Assembly: GCA_014762495.1 (NCBI GenBank)
Contig: JABURT010000070.1
Coordinates: forward strand, 82,638-146,637
Reading direction: 5' to 3'
Length of the DNA stretch: 64,000 bases
Origin: Gammaproteobacteria bacterium
Lineage (GTDB): Bacteria; Pseudomonadota; Gammaproteobacteria; Thiohalospirales; Thiohalospiraceae
Both the position numbers and the translations under genes were made by a program. The notes under the pieces are model-generated. The model did no database searches. It saw only the letters and a program-made list of their open reading frames with translations, and was not told the DNA's origin. Positions 53,696 to 62,179 of this stretch are shown piece after piece. How positions within the stretch are numbered: the first letter of the stretch is position 1; the number at the start of each line of letters is the position of its first letter.

Positions 53696-55531
53696 ATGGA
53701 AAGAACATATGGAACAGGGATGTCGGGACAGCCGAGAGTATTTGCGATTATGCAGGTAGACAAGACCTCGCAGCTAATTGCCCAGGTCGATCAACTCTAT
53801 AAACAGTCACTCAATGCCCTGGTCGCGACCCTTGCGGTGATGGCCTTCGTCACCTATCAGATCTCGGGAAATGTCCCGCACACGCAGTTGTGGATATGGG
53901 TTTCAGTCATCGTACTGATTAATATCTATCTGACGATCTGGATCCTGCGCATTCGTAAGACCGGTGTGCATCAGAACAATGTACGACTCTATCTCTACAC
54001 GTATCAGATAGAGGCTATCCTGCACGGCGGCAGTTGGGGCATGTTGCCGTTTTTACTACTCAATAACCCCGATCCCGAGTCACAATTGTTTGCGTACTTT
54101 GTCGTCTGCGGCATGGCGGCGGGAGCCATTGCCACTACGGCCATGATCTATCGTATCTATCTGTCGTTCATGCTGCCCATGCTGTTACCTATCATCATCT
54201 GGCAGGGGATTGGTTTCGGACCTCAAATGTTCGACAGCGGCGCCTTCGGCCTGCTTTTGATCTTTTTTATCGCCATGCTTGCGCTATCGCATGCCCACTA
54301 TGACAGCGTCATCAAGACCATCAGGCTGGTGCAGCAAAACGAAGATCTGGTGAATGATCTGCGTCAAGCGGTGGAACGTTCCGAGGCCGCCAATCAAGCC
54401 AAAACGGAGTTTCTCTCCAATACCAGCCATGAGCTGCGAACCCCTCTCAATGCAATCATGGGCTTTAGTAGTCTGTTGATGAAGTTTTCTCTGGATGATC
54501 TGCCGCAAAAAGCCAAGGAGTATGTGCGCAATATTCACCAGGCCGGTAGCCATCTCTCCGATCTCATCAACCAGGTACTGGATATCGCCAAGATAGAGAC
54601 CAACAAGGCACCGGTTGAGCTGCGTGCCGTGGATATCCGCAGCATGCTGCGTGAGACCATGAAACTGATGCGTCCGCTTGCGGTGCAACATCAGGTCCAT
54701 CTGAAAGACGATAGTGTGGAAATTGAAACGGATGCATCATGGGTAACTGCCGATCCGCTACGGTTGCGTCAGGTTCTGATAAATCTGATTTCCAATGCTA
54801 TCAAATACAATAGAGAACAAGGCGATGTCAGTATTCGATGCATGTTGCATGATGGATTTGTTCGCATTGAGATAGAGGATAACGGCATAGGCATTGCACC
54901 TGATAAACACGAAGAAATCTTCTCGGCCTTCAGTCGTGTCCATCATGATCTCAAGATTGAGGGTACCGGCATCGGCTTGACTGTGAGTAAGAAAAACCTT
55001 GAGCTCATGGGTAGCAATATTCACATGTCCAGCGAGCCGGGAATAGGCAGCAAGTTCTGGTTTGACCTGCCGCGTGCAGAAACTCCGAGTGAAAGCTTGC
55101 CAGGAATTGACTTGCCAGGCTTCGATACAGAGGCGATATACGATATCAAGGTGCTCTATGTCGAAGACAATCCGCTCGGTATGAGACTGATGCAAGAGGT
55201 CATGAGCCAGGTTCAGGGCATTACCCTGTTTTGCGCGGAGACAGGCGAGCAGGGCTATCAAATGGCCCTGGATACACTGCCGGATGTTATCCTGCTGGAT
55301 ATCAACTTGCCCGATATCAGCGGCATGGAAGTTATGCAACGCCTACGAGAGTTGCCCGGCATGCAGCTGGTTCCCATGGTTGCACTGAGTGCGTCGGCGC
55401 TGACGGACGATGTCGAGCTTGGCCTGAAGGCCGGTTTTACGGAATACCTGAAAAAGCCGTGTCCACCGGATGAAATCGTGGAGCGTGTGATCGAGCTGGC
55501 GAGCATAAAGCCAGTCAAGGCGGCGCAGTAG
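53696..55531 (+). CDS. Hybrid sensor histidine kinase / response regulator with multi-TM N-terminal sensor
   Basis: 611 aa, about 6 TM helices. H-box TSHELRTPLNAIMGF. NLISNAIKYN, DNGIGIA, GTGIGLTV. Receiver VLYVEDNPLGM...DVILLDINLPDISG...ALSASA...KP. Confidence 0.9.
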   Translation: MERTYGTGMSGQPRVFAIMQVDKTSQLIAQVDQLYKQSLNALVATLAVMAFVTYQISGNVPHTQLWIWVSVIVLINIYLTIWILRIRKTGVHQNNVRLYLYTYQIEAILHGGSWGMLPFLLLNNPDPESQLFAYFVVCGMAAGAIATTAMIYRIYLSFMLPMLLPIIIWQGIGFGPQMFDSGAFGLLLIFFIAMLALSHAHYDSVIKTIRLVQQNEDLVNDLRQAVERSEAANQAKTEFLSNTSHELRTPLNAIMGFSSLLMKFSLDDLPQKAKEYVRNIHQAGSHLSDLINQVLDIAKIETNKAPVELRAVDIRSMLRETMKLMRPLAVQHQVHLKDDSVEIETDASWVTADPLRLRQVLINLISNAIKYNREQGDVSIRCMLHDGFVRIEIEDNGIGIAPDKHEEIFSAFSRVHHDLKIEGTGIGLTVSKKNLELMGSNIHMSSEPGIGSKFWFDLPRAETPSESLPGIDLPGFDTEAIYDIKVLYVEDNPLGMRLMQEVMSQVQGITLFCAETGEQGYQMALDTLPDVILLDINLPDISGMEVMQRLRELPGMQLVPMVALSASALTDDVELGLKAGFTEYLKKPCPPDEIVERVIELASIKPVKAAQ

Positions 55532-55586
55532 TCGAGTCAGACCAGGTAGATAGATAACACCAAGAGGATTTAGCCCCGGATTACCC

Positions 55587-57887
55587 ATGCATAACAAGGA
55601 TTACTCAACAGAGCTTTCCAACATCCTCGATACCATGATGGATGTGTTTTATCGCACCGACAGTGAGGGCCGGCTGGTACTCGTCACCCCATCGATTTTT
55701 GACCTGTTGGGGTATGAGGTAGATGAGGTTCTCGGTCGGCCGGTGACCGATCTCTACGAATTTCCCGAGATGCGTGGTGAGGTGATGGAACTAGTTAAGG
55801 AAAATGGCGGCAGTTACCGGGGCGCCGAAATGCGCCTGCGCCACAAGGACGGCAGTCGTGTCTGGGTTTCCTCCAATATACGTTTCCATTATGACGATAT
55901 GGGTAATTTCGCCGGGGTCGAAGGCATGGTACGAGATATTACCCGGCATAAGCGCACCGAAGAAAATCTGCGCAAGTCGGAGCAGACCTTTCGCGCCATC
56001 ATTGATCATATGCTCGACATATATTATCGAACCGATGCCGAAGGGCGTCTAATCATGGCCTCGCCATCCTGCGAAGAGTTGCTCGGCTATACGCCGGAAG
56101 AGTTAATCGGTACGCGACTCTCGGATCTTTATGTTGACCCAAGCACGCGTGAAATTTTCATGCAGAAACTGATAGAACGGGGTGGCAAGTATTACGGTTT
56201 TGAAAACAGCTTGCGTCGCAAGGACGGTAGCATAATCTGGGCCGTGGCCAGCAGCCAGTTCTATTTCGATAATGAGGGCAATATCGCGGGGGTTGAGGGC
56301 ATCGTTCGCGATAACACCAAGCGTAAACAAATGGAAGATGCGTTGCGCGAGTCGGAGGAAAAACTAAGAACCATCTTCGAGAATATGATGGATACCTATG
56401 TGCGAACGGATCGCGAGGGTAACATTATTATGATCTCCCCCTCAGTGGAAAAGTTGCTGGGATATAAACCCAAAGAGGTGGTCGGTAAGCAACTGAAGGA
56501 CTTTTACAGCACCCCGGCTGAACGCGATGCATTCCTGCGCCTGCTGGAAGAGAATAATGGGCACTATTATGGGTATGAGCTACAAGTTCGACATAAGAAT
56601 GGCGAGCAGATCTGGGTATTGATCAATGCGCAGTTCTATTATGGCGACGATGGAAAGATCGCCGGCGTCGAGGCCTTGGGCCGTAATATCTCCGACATAA
56701 AATGTGCTGAGGAAGAACTGACTCAGGCCAAGGAGGAGGCCGAGGCGGCAAACAATGCCAAGACAGAGTTTCTCTCCAACATGAGTCACGAGTTGCGTAC
56801 ACCGCTAAACGCCATCCTTGGCTTTAGCAGTCTGTTGGTAAAATACAATTCTCAACCCCTGCCGGACAAGGTTGTGGAATTTCTTCACAACATTCACGAA
56901 GCCGGCTCTCACCTTTCCAGCTTGATCAACCAGGTACTCGATTTGGCAAAGATCGAATCCGGCACAGCCAGTGTAGACCTGGTGCCTGTAGACATTGATG
57001 CCATCATTAAAGATGTGTTGCGATTGCTGCGTCCCCTCGCTGTCAAACAGCGTGTGAAGCTTCATTATGCGGGAGAATCTGCGGGTCAAAGCACTGAGCC
57101 ACTTTGGGTGAAGGCAGATGCATTACGATTGCGGCAGGTCATGATTAATCTCATCACCAATGCCATAAAGTATAACCACGAAAATGGCTTAACCGAGGTG
57201 GTGTGTAAGGTCGATGGGGGCAGCGTTGAAGTATCTGTCATCGATACGGGTATTGGTATCCCGACCGAAAGGCATCACGACATCTTCCAGCCATTCACAC
57301 GGGTACATGAAAACAATCATATCGAGGGCTCTGGTATCGGTCTGACGGTAACACGTAAAAATCTTGAATTGATGGCGAGCGATATACACTTCAGTAGTCG
57401 TTCGGGTGAGGGAAGTCGATTCTGGTTTACGCTACCGCTCGTGTCTGCAGAACGGAAAAATACCGAATATGATCGGAATATGTTGATACCGGAACAGCCA
57501 TTGGGTATCAGTGTGTTGTACATTGAGGATAATGCCATCGGTATGCGCCTCATGGAGGAAGTGATTGCAACATTGCCCGGTGTTACCTTCTACAAGGCCT
57601 CAACGGGTGAAGAGGGCTTCCGGCTGGCGATGGATGTATTACCCGATCTCATCATAATGGACATCAATCTGCCTGATATCAGCGGCTTTGAGGTCCTGGA
57701 AAGGTTGCTTAAGACGAAGCATGCCGATAATTTTCATTTTGTTGCACTGAGTGCCAGCGCCCTGGATGAGGATGTAGAAAAGGGGCTGCAGGCGGGGTTT
57801 ATGCAATACCTGCGTAAGCCCTTTGAACCCGAAGAGATCATACAGCTACTGGCGGATCTCGCTTCTATCGCGCCTCAATCGGCATAA
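55587..57887 (+). CDS. Cytoplasmic hybrid sensor histidine kinase with three tandem PAS domains and receiver
   Basis: 766 aa with no TM helix. Three ~125-aa PAS repeats. H-box MSHELRTPLNAILGF. NLITNAIKYN, DTGIGIP, GSGIGLTV. Receiver VLYIEDNAIGM...DLIIMDINLPDISG...ALSASA...KP. Confidence 0.9.
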   Translation: MHNKDYSTELSNILDTMMDVFYRTDSEGRLVLVTPSIFDLLGYEVDEVLGRPVTDLYEFPEMRGEVMELVKENGGSYRGAEMRLRHKDGSRVWVSSNIRFHYDDMGNFAGVEGMVRDITRHKRTEENLRKSEQTFRAIIDHMLDIYYRTDAEGRLIMASPSCEELLGYTPEELIGTRLSDLYVDPSTREIFMQKLIERGGKYYGFENSLRRKDGSIIWAVASSQFYFDNEGNIAGVEGIVRDNTKRKQMEDALRESEEKLRTIFENMMDTYVRTDREGNIIMISPSVEKLLGYKPKEVVGKQLKDFYSTPAERDAFLRLLEENNGHYYGYELQVRHKNGEQIWVLINAQFYYGDDGKIAGVEALGRNISDIKCAEEELTQAKEEAEAANNAKTEFLSNMSHELRTPLNAILGFSSLLVKYNSQPLPDKVVEFLHNIHEAGSHLSSLINQVLDLAKIESGTASVDLVPVDIDAIIKDVLRLLRPLAVKQRVKLHYAGESAGQSTEPLWVKADALRLRQVMINLITNAIKYNHENGLTEVVCKVDGGSVEVSVIDTGIGIPTERHHDIFQPFTRVHENNHIEGSGIGLTVTRKNLELMASDIHFSSRSGEGSRFWFTLPLVSAERKNTEYDRNMLIPEQPLGISVLYIEDNAIGMRLMEEVIATLPGVTFYKASTGEEGFRLAMDVLPDLIIMDINLPDISGFEVLERLLKTKHADNFHFVALSASALDEDVEKGLQAGFMQYLRKPFEPEEIIQLLADLASIAPQSA

Positions 57888-57962
57888 TCACATGATATAG
57901 GTTGCGAGTGACAAAGCCGTGTATCATCGGGAGTATTCTGGCTCTGTAGCGGTAATAAAAGC

Positions 57963-60689
57963 ATGCAATATCCGCGGACACAGGTAGCAGGCAAATCTCC
58001 CTGGTCATTGTCGACGCAGCAACAATTGGCCTTGCTGGATTCTCGTAATACAGGTCTGACCCAGGAGGAGGTACTCCAGCGACGACGGCATTACGGTGAC
58101 AATGTGTTAGCCGTGAGTAGTTCGCGACCCGTGCTGAGCATTCTGCTGGCACAATTCAAAAGTCTGATGGTGTTGTTCCTACTGGCGGCGGTGATACTTT
58201 CTGCCGTACTCGGTGAGGTCGTGGATGCCCTCGCCATACTCTTCGTTATCCTGATTAATGCCATGATCGGCTTTATCACCGAGTTGCGTGCCGTGCGTTC
58301 CATGGAGGCATTGCGAAAACTGGGTAGCATGACCACGCGCGTTCGTCGCGAAGGCAAGATTCAGGAGATTGAGGCCGCCCAACTGGTGCCGGGCGACATT
58401 GTGATCCTGGAAGGCGGTGATGTCATCAGTGCCGATATGCGACTGATGTCGGCCTCCAAGCTAGAGGCGGACGAATCGGCACTGACTGGTGAGTCGATGC
58501 CGGTGAGCAAGGATGTGACCGTATTGGCGCCGGAAACCCTGTTGGCCGAGCGTCACAACATGATGTTTCGCGGTACGGCCCTGACCCGCGGTTCGGGGGA
58601 GGCGGTGGTGGTCAGTACCGGCATGCAAACGGAACTTGGCCATATCGCGACCATGGTCGAGCAAACCGAGGAGGATGAACTCACGCCTCTGGAGAGAAGA
58701 CTGGATCAGATGGGGCGTCGTTTGATCTGGCTCACCCTCGGTCTCTCCATACTCGTCACACTGAGTGGCGTTATTGCCGGCAAGTCCCTGTGGCTGATGA
58801 TTCAAACCGGTATCGCGTTGGCGGTTGCCACCATTCCCGAAGGCCTGCCGGTAGTGGCCACCATTGCCCTGGCTCGCGGTATGTGGCGCATGGCACGGCG
58901 TAGTGCCCTGATCAACAAGCTCTCGGCAGTGGAGACACTGGGAGCGACATCGGTGATCTGCACCGACAAGACCGGCACGCTGACCGAGAATCGCATGACC
59001 GTGCAACGCTACTGGACGGCCGATGCGGTGGTGGATGTGACAGGCGAGGGGCTTTCACAGCAAGGGGAGTTTTATGTCGGTGATCGTCGTATCCTGCCAC
59101 GCGAACATCCCCTACTCCGGGAGGCCCTGCGCATCGGAGCCCTGTGCAGCAATGCCGGCCTGGAAGGAGACAAGGCCAATGGTGATCCCCTTGAGGTGGC
59201 CTTGTTAGTGGCTGCAGCCAAGGCGGGCATAAACCAACCAGAGTTGTTGGCGAATTTGCCGGAGGCGCGAGAGGAGGCCTTTGATACACAGACCAAGATG
59301 ATGGCGACCTATCATCATGAAGACGGAGCTCTCTATGTCGCGGTAAAAGGCGCGCCGGAAATCGTCCTGAACCGATGCGGGGCCTTCATTTCTGAACACG
59401 GCGAACGTACTACCATGGATGATGTTATGCGCCGGGAGTGGGCACGTCGTAATGAGCAAATGGCCGCCGATGGTTTACGTGTCGTCGCCCTGGCCAGTAA
59501 GCGTGCCGATTCGACCGAGGACGATGCCTACAGTGACCTGAACCTGGTAGCACTGGTTGGTCTGCAGGATCCTCCGCGCGAGGATATCGCGCCGGCCATC
59601 GCTGAATGTCAGGCTGCTGGTATGCGAGTGGTGATGATCACCGGTGATCAGGAGCAGACGGCCCGCAGCGTGGCCCACGCCGTGGGTCTGATTCAACGTC
59701 TCGATGCGGACGTGATACACGGCGCTGAACTGGCCGTGATGGACCTAGAGGATGAAGCCATTAAGCAACGTCTGTTGGCATGCAATATCTTCTGTCGAGT
59801 CACGCCGCAAGACAAGCTCACCCTCATTGCCCTGCACCAGGATGCGGGAAACGTGGTCGCCATGACCGGCGATGGCGTCAATGACGCCCCGGCACTGAAA
59901 AAGGCCGATATTGGGGTGTCCATGGGAAGACGCGGAACCCAGGTTGCCCGAGAGGCATCGGATATGGTTTTGCGTGATGACGCTTTCACCTCAATCACGA
60001 TCGCGGTGCAACAGGGGCGAGTGATCTTCAACAATATACGAAGCTTCGTGATTTACCTGCTCTCATGCAACCTAAGCGAGGTGTTGCTGGTGGGGGTGGC
60101 GTCTCTACTCGGCGCGCCATTGCCGCTACTGCCATTGCAGATCCTGTTTCTTAACCTGGTCACGGATGTCTTCCCGGCCCTGGCTTTGGGAATGGGCGAA
60201 GGGGATCGCAGTGTGATGGATCTGCCACCACGGCCACGACACGAGGCCATACTTACCGGGCGGCACTGGCTCTCCATTTTTGTATACGGTCTCATCATGA
60301 GCCTGTCAGTGTTGACGGTCTTCTTCACAGCCCTGTATCTGTTCGAGTGGCCTGAGTCGGAGGCGGTAACCATGACATTTCTCACTATTGCACTCGCCCA
60401 GCTTTGGCATGTGTTCAATATGCGAGGTCAATCCAGTGGTTTTTTCAGAAACGACGTCGTCAAGAACCCTTATGTGTGGGCTGCACTGGCACTCTGCCTG
60501 GTGCTAATTACCGCCTACCTCTGGTTACCGATTTTGGCACGGGTTTTGTCGTTGCTGGCCTTGAATGTTGAACAATGGCTATGGGTCGTGGGTATGAGCC
60601 TGGTGACCTATGTGCTCGGTCAGGTCTATCTTGGTTTTAGCAAGTTGTTCGGCGGCATGCGCGGCCAATTCAAAGCGCGTGCCGAGTGA
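57963..60689 (+). CDS. P-type cation-transporting ATPase (type II, Ca2+/Mg2+-ATPase-like)
   Basis: 908 aa. TGES, phosphorylation site ICTDKTGTLTENRM, MITGDQ, MTGDGVNDAPALKKADIG, and 10 predicted TM helices. Confidence 0.9.
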   Translation: MQYPRTQVAGKSPWSLSTQQQLALLDSRNTGLTQEEVLQRRRHYGDNVLAVSSSRPVLSILLAQFKSLMVLFLLAAVILSAVLGEVVDALAILFVILINAMIGFITELRAVRSMEALRKLGSMTTRVRREGKIQEIEAAQLVPGDIVILEGGDVISADMRLMSASKLEADESALTGESMPVSKDVTVLAPETLLAERHNMMFRGTALTRGSGEAVVVSTGMQTELGHIATMVEQTEEDELTPLERRLDQMGRRLIWLTLGLSILVTLSGVIAGKSLWLMIQTGIALAVATIPEGLPVVATIALARGMWRMARRSALINKLSAVETLGATSVICTDKTGTLTENRMTVQRYWTADAVVDVTGEGLSQQGEFYVGDRRILPREHPLLREALRIGALCSNAGLEGDKANGDPLEVALLVAAAKAGINQPELLANLPEAREEAFDTQTKMMATYHHEDGALYVAVKGAPEIVLNRCGAFISEHGERTTMDDVMRREWARRNEQMAADGLRVVALASKRADSTEDDAYSDLNLVALVGLQDPPREDIAPAIAECQAAGMRVVMITGDQEQTARSVAHAVGLIQRLDADVIHGAELAVMDLEDEAIKQRLLACNIFCRVTPQDKLTLIALHQDAGNVVAMTGDGVNDAPALKKADIGVSMGRRGTQVAREASDMVLRDDAFTSITIAVQQGRVIFNNIRSFVIYLLSCNLSEVLLVGVASLLGAPLPLLPLQILFLNLVTDVFPALALGMGEGDRSVMDLPPRPRHEAILTGRHWLSIFVYGLIMSLSVLTVFFTALYLFEWPESEAVTMTFLTIALAQLWHVFNMRGQSSGFFRNDVVKNPYVWAALALCLVLITAYLWLPILARVLSLLALNVEQWLWVVGMSLVTYVLGQVYLGFSKLFGGMRGQFKARAE

Positions 60690-60721
60690 GTACAATATGG
60701 TTCCTTTAAGGTGTAACTGGT

Positions 60722-61126
60722 CTAGTGAGCCGCTTGCAGGGAATCGCGAAACAGTTGTTCCAATTCGTCTACGTCGAAGGGCTTATGCAGGAAACGCGTA
60801 AAGTTGAGATTCTTGGTCAGGAGTTTTGCACCCTTGTCATCAACGTAGTTGTACCCGCTCATGATGACTAAGGGAATCTTGCAGCTGATTTCGGATAGCT
60901 TTTGAATCAATTCCAGCCCATCCATATCGGGCATGACAATATCGACCAACATCAAGGCAGGCTTGTGTTCGTCAAAGGCATCGAAGAACTCCTGCGCGTT
61001 GCGTGCAGTGCGAACCGAGTACCCACTGTTTCTCGCTACCTCGGTGACTAGGGTCAGGATGGTATCGTTGTCATCGACGACCAGAATATCGTTAGCTTGA
61101 CTATCCATGTGAACGGAAGCTCCCAT
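60722..61126 (-). CDS. Single-domain response regulator (CheY-like receiver)
   Basis: ILVVDDNDTILTL...ALMLVDIVMPDMDG...VIMSGY...KPF. The alternative ATG at 61108 gives MDSQANDILVVDD. Confidence 0.85.
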   Translation of the reverse strand: MGASVHMDSQANDILVVDDNDTILTLVTEVARNSGYSVRTARNAQEFFDAFDEHKPALMLVDIVMPDMDGLELIQKLSEISCKIPLVIMSGYNYVDDKGAKLLTKNLNFTRFLHKPFDVDELEQLFRDSLQAAH

Positions 61127-61239
61127 ACTGTACGTGGATAGTGTAATTATCCGTTAATCTGTATGGCTTTGCTCGCTAGCACGGTCAATATATTGTTAAG
61201 CATTGAAGTGCGGATTGTCATGGATTAGCGAAATGAGGG

Positions 61240-62001
61240 CTAGTGATCCTTCCAGGCATACATATCGGCATATTCGGGTGCCAGCAGTTTCGCCCCCAGT
61301 AATTCATTCTCAGGCATCAACGTAGCGACGCGATCCCGTTGCTTGCGTATGTTTTCTTTCTCCGCCGGGTCCTTGGTACTTTCATAGGCCACGTGCAGCC
61401 AGATATAGGAATTGAGATAGTTCTTTTCCATGCCGTGACCAAAGCGGTACATCACCCCGACCAGGTGTTGTGACTCGGCGTCTCGACGCTGGGCGCTCTC
61501 GTAGAGCCAGCGAAAGGCCTCCTGGTAATCGCGCTTGGTGCCGATGCCCTTGTAGAACATCTTCCCGGCCATGGCAGCGGCATGAGGTTGTCCCTTTTCA
61601 CCGGCCTCGATATACCACTTGAGTGCGTGGGCGTAATAGGGCCGGGGTGTACCGGTGCCATCGTAATAACGGTCGGCAAGCATGACCTGTGCTTCGCGTA
61701 GTCCCTGGCGTGCGGCCTTGTCGAGCCAGTAATTGGCCTTGCGTTGATCGGCCTCGGTGCCCTTGCCCTCGATATAGAGCTGGGCCAGTTCCAGTTGAGC
61801 ATCGGGATCACCCGCCTCCGCCTTGATCTGGGCGATGCGAAAGTCATTGCGCAAGGTGCCCTCGTTGACGGCAACTCCGGAACTACTGGTGTTCACGTCG
61901 TTTTCACCCTGCATTGGAGGCGCGACGGGTTCCATCACCTGATCCTCCGCCAGCAGGGCAATTGGGGTCAGGGCAAGTGTGAAAACTAGCAAGAAGCGCA
62001 T
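61240..62001 (-). CDS. Sel1-repeat (TPR-like) periplasmic protein
   Basis: Signal peptide MRFLLVFTLALTPIALLA (ATG 62001). About 5 Sel1 repeats (DAQLELAQLYIEGKGTEADQRKANYWLDKAARQG; EAQVMLADRYYDGTG...; AAMAGKMFYKGIGTKRDYQEAFRWLYESAQRRD...). Confidence 0.72.
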   Translation of the reverse strand: MRFLLVFTLALTPIALLAEDQVMEPVAPPMQGENDVNTSSSGVAVNEGTLRNDFRIAQIKAEAGDPDAQLELAQLYIEGKGTEADQRKANYWLDKAARQGLREAQVMLADRYYDGTGTPRPYYAHALKWYIEAGEKGQPHAAAMAGKMFYKGIGTKRDYQEAFRWLYESAQRRDAESQHLVGVMYRFGHGMEKNYLNSYIWLHVAYESTKDPAEKENIRKQRDRVATLMPENELLGAKLLAPEYADMYAWKDH

Positions 62002-62179
62002 GGGCCACCTCGACAAAGCAATAACGAGTTCACATTTCACTAAAATATTACAATTTTGCCAATAAAAAACACTATTAAGTGTAAGGAAATTAAAATAACC
62101 TGCATACAGCGTTATCGAATAATTGCCTGGCAGTAATCACGGCGGATCCTTCCCGCAGCATACCAAAAAGTAGAGGGAA

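Noticed and set aside
60535-60549. Sigma54-like element TGGCAC-N5-TTGT
   Set aside because: It lies deep inside the P-type ATPase coding sequence, with no downstream gene start. Probably a chance match.
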